A DNA stretch of 64,000 nt from an uncultured Candidatus Saccharibacteria bacterium (GTDB lineage Bacteria > Patescibacteriota > Dojkabacteria > SC72), in NCBI GenBank assembly GCA_964514595.1, contig CAZEQZ010000001.1, positions 43,914 to 107,913 of the forward strand. Direction: 5' to 3'. Positions within the stretch are counted from its first letter, which is position 1. Each line of letters starts with the position of its first letter. The notes under the pieces are model-generated. The model did no database searches. It had not been told where the DNA came from and saw only the letters and a list, made by a program, of their open reading frames with translations. The position numbers and the translations under genes were made by a program. Below, piece after piece: positions 61,517 to 64,000 of this stretch.

Positions 61517-62671
61517 ATGATTTTTAATAGGTCGAAAAAGGTTATGCAATTAGAGGAGGTTACAAACCTTTTAGATGAATTAAGGTTACCTACATCCCTC
61601 GTATTTACACCTACAAACCTAGATATTGAGAAAAAGAAATTTTTCAATTCTGATACATATAATCCTCAATTTCAGTATAGGATAGTTAAGAATGTAAATA
61701 GGGATGTATTAAAGAAATTATCTTCAGTGGAGGAGGTATCTGATGTGGATCCTAGGATTTCTGATTTCTATATTGAGCTTATACGTTCAAAAAAGGAAGC
61801 AAATGATTTGATGTATGCAGTAGGGGATAATGAGCTTATTACAGAAATCTCAACCAATAGGTATGGAAGACCTTCTGTTAAATTATTTAGAAATGCGTGT
61901 AGGGTGTTAAGGGGTAAGATGGATATCTATAATGTAGCAAAGCGAGTTAGTGCTGAGGAAAAGCCTCTTAAATATGATGAGATTGAAAGAGTTTTTGGAA
62001 TCGTATTTAAAGAATTGGGATTGGATGGATGGGCAGTAGATAAGTCTATGAATATTGCAAAGAATGGGGTAAAGGTTGGTATTAAGACAAAGAAGATTTT
62101 AGTAGATCCTAATATAGAGAGAAGTAAATTCAAGTTAAGGAAGACTATTATTCATGAGGTTGGTACGCATGTGTTAAGGGCTGAGAATGGTCTTAAGAGT
62201 GGTTTGGAAGCATTGAGTAAACCTAATTTGCCTTCCTATTTAGATGTAGAGGAGGGACTTGCTACTTGGAATGAGAATAATATGGGCCTATTGACAGAGA
62301 ATTGGTTAAAGAAGAAGGCTGCATTGGTATATGCTTTATATGTTGGAGAGGATATGAGTTTTAGACAACTATACAACTGTATGTTAGGAGTACTTCCTAA
62401 GTATGCCTCTTTTGATGTTGTTTATAGAGTAAAAAGGGGATTGAGTGATACATCGTATGGAGGGTTGTATGCTAAGGATATTGCATATTTTAGAGGTTTT
62501 AGAAGAGTGTTGAATAAATTAGAAAAGGATATATCTTTGTATGAATTACTTTACTCAGGAAAGATAGGTTTTGAGCAATGTGAATGGGTTAGGGAAGGCT
62601 TAATACCTAGGGCTAAGAATATTCCCACAAAGGAAAGATGGAATGAAATATTTAAGAAGGCTGGGATATAG
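61517..62671 (+). CDS. DUF1704 / MATCAP-like gluzincin carboxypeptidase
   Basis: HEVGTHVLR..NG, EEGLA, RVKRG, YAKD..Y..G, LYSGKI. Confidence 0.85.
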   Translation: MIFNRSKKVMQLEEVTNLLDELRLPTSLVFTPTNLDIEKKKFFNSDTYNPQFQYRIVKNVNRDVLKKLSSVEEVSDVDPRISDFYIELIRSKKEANDLMYAVGDNELITEISTNRYGRPSVKLFRNACRVLRGKMDIYNVAKRVSAEEKPLKYDEIERVFGIVFKELGLDGWAVDKSMNIAKNGVKVGIKTKKILVDPNIERSKFKLRKTIIHEVGTHVLRAENGLKSGLEALSKPNLPSYLDVEEGLATWNENNMGLLTENWLKKKAALVYALYVGEDMSFRQLYNCMLGVLPKYASFDVVYRVKRGLSDTSYGGLYAKDIAYFRGFRRVLNKLEKDISLYELLYSGKIGFEQCEWVREGLIPRAKNIPTKERWNEIFKKAGI

Positions 62672-62695
62672 TAGGTAAGTTTAGTACAGATTTTT

Positions 62696-63379
62696 ATGCT
62701 AGAAACTTCCAAAAGGATAAAGGCCATAGTTGAAAAAATGCTCAAAGAGAATCCTGATTCCTCACATGATATGGATCATGTCATGCGTGTTCTCAATATA
62801 GCCAAAAAAATTGCTAAGAGTGAGAATTCTATAAATATGGAAGTCTTGGAAGCGGCTACCTTATTACATGATATCGGGGGCCCTAAGGAAATGAATGATT
62901 CTAGCGGTAAGACTGATCATGCGGTGGAGAGTGCCAGAATGGCAAAGCCAATATTGGAGAAGTTAGATTTTGATGAAGTAGACATTGTGCATATCCAGGA
63001 ATGTATAATTTCGCATAGATATAAGACAAATAAAAGACCCAAAACAATAGAGGCTAAAATTTTATTTGATGCTGACAAGTTGGATTCCACAGGGGCTATC
63101 GGTATAGCTAGGGGTTTTTGCTGGGTAGGAAAAAATAATGCAGATATTTACAGAAGGGTGGATATAAATAAATATGTAAAGGAGAATATGGGAGGGAAGA
63201 TGAATGGTCGCATACAAGATAAAAGTAAACACAATACTTGGATAGAGTACAATATTAAGACTAAGTACTTGGCTGAGAAGTTATATACAAAAACTGCAAA
63301 AGAAATCTGTAAAGAGAGGCTATCTTTTACAAAAAGCTATCTGAAGAGACTGGAAAAAGAAATAAACGGGAAGCTATAA
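62696..63379 (+). CDS. HD-domain phosphohydrolase
   Basis: SHDMDHVMRV, LLHDI, DHA, SHRY, LFDADKLD..GAIGIAR. Confidence 0.92.
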   Translation: MLETSKRIKAIVEKMLKENPDSSHDMDHVMRVLNIAKKIAKSENSINMEVLEAATLLHDIGGPKEMNDSSGKTDHAVESARMAKPILEKLDFDEVDIVHIQECIISHRYKTNKRPKTIEAKILFDADKLDSTGAIGIARGFCWVGKNNADIYRRVDINKYVKENMGGKMNGRIQDKSKHNTWIEYNIKTKYLAEKLYTKTAKEICKERLSFTKSYLKRLEKEINGKL

Positions 63380-63403
63380 TCCTGTAGGCCTTCGATGATT
63401 TAC

Positions 63404-64000
63404 CTACTCTCTAAATGCAGTAATAATTGCTTCTGCTATATTAACAGGTTCTCCCTCTATCTTCTGTTCATATGCCTTATACCCAGGATGAAAACTAATC
63501 TCTTGTACGTGGGGTTTGTCATGTATATACATAAAATCTACAGCCATAAAGTCAGCTTCTAACAATGAAGCAACCTTTTCTGCAATACCCTTTATCTCTT
63601 CATTTGGTTCATTGTACATCTCGTATTCTCCTCTAAGTACTGTCATAATACCTTCTGATGCTTTTCTTCTCCATCCTGCTACTACTTTTCCTAATTTAAC
63701 AAATATTCTCATATCTTCTCCTGCATCAGAAAACTCCTGTATAAAGAAATCAACCATGTTCTGCTCTGATAGTTTTTCCTGATCTATATCATCTTCTCTG
63801 TCCAGCTTAAATACATTCTTTTTCACTTTCTCCTTCCCATCTATGATTTCTAGACGATTCTTTCCGGTATATTCCTTAATTATTAGAGGGTACTCTTGTA
63901 GCATGTCTCTTTGGGCTTTGTAGTTACCATCGCTTCTGTAGTAGGTATTAAAGAAGGGAATATTATGCTTATTACAAAACATAGCCATCGCTATCTTGTT
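63404..64000 (-). CDS. RimK-like ATP-grasp ligase (N-terminus outside the window)
   Basis: Frame is open to the window end (NKIAM...). YPLIIK, IQEF, DMRIFV, AVDF, and QEIS..PG in place of EVN..PG. Confidence 0.8.
   Translation of the reverse strand, partial: NKIAMAMFCNKHNIPFFNTYYRSDGNYKAQRDMLQEYPLIIKEYTGKNRLEIIDGKEKVKKNVFKLDREDDIDQEKLSEQNMVDFFIQEFSDAGEDMRIFVKLGKVVAGWRRKASEGIMTVLRGEYEMYNEPNEEIKGIAEKVASLLEADFMAVDFMYIHDKPHVQEISFHPGYKAYEQKIEGEPVNIAEAIITAFRE

Overview
Low-GC chromosomal window from a Patescibacteria (CPR) genome, most likely Dojkabacteria (WS6). That assignment is an inference from the divergent 16S signatures, a form III-like RuBisCO, a split comEC and the PEGA and pilin-like proteins. 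The window holds one complete rRNA operon (16S, tRNA-Ile, tRNA-Ala, 23S, 5S), six further tRNA genes, housekeeping genes (tmk-like, nth, rpsA, clpC, radA, rho, leuS, argS, proS, trpS, rlmN, uvrA, mreB) and a comEA/comEC competence cassette. The main accessory feature is a set of surface proteins. A 4117-aa phage-fibre-like protein carries four copies of a ~430-aa Cys/poly-Gly module. A 1636-aa Gly-rich/LamG protein follows it. About 13 kb past the end of the 4117-aa gene, a fifth copy of the module is fused to a dockerin, next to two membrane- or wall-anchored cohesin-like proteins (one with LPESG). Together these are the best candidate for an undescribed cohesin-dockerin adhesin display system. 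Other notable signals are an apparently Fe-S-free endonuclease III, widespread leaderless gene starts, a MATCAP-like peptidase and ATP-grasp ligase beside mreB, substitutions at near-universal rRNA positions, tRNA-Arg(GCG)+(UCG), a degenerate 75-bp repeat beside tRNA genes, and several structured intergenic regions. No CRISPR array, transposase, integrase or rRNA intron was seen. All domain calls come from reading motifs by eye, not from database searches.
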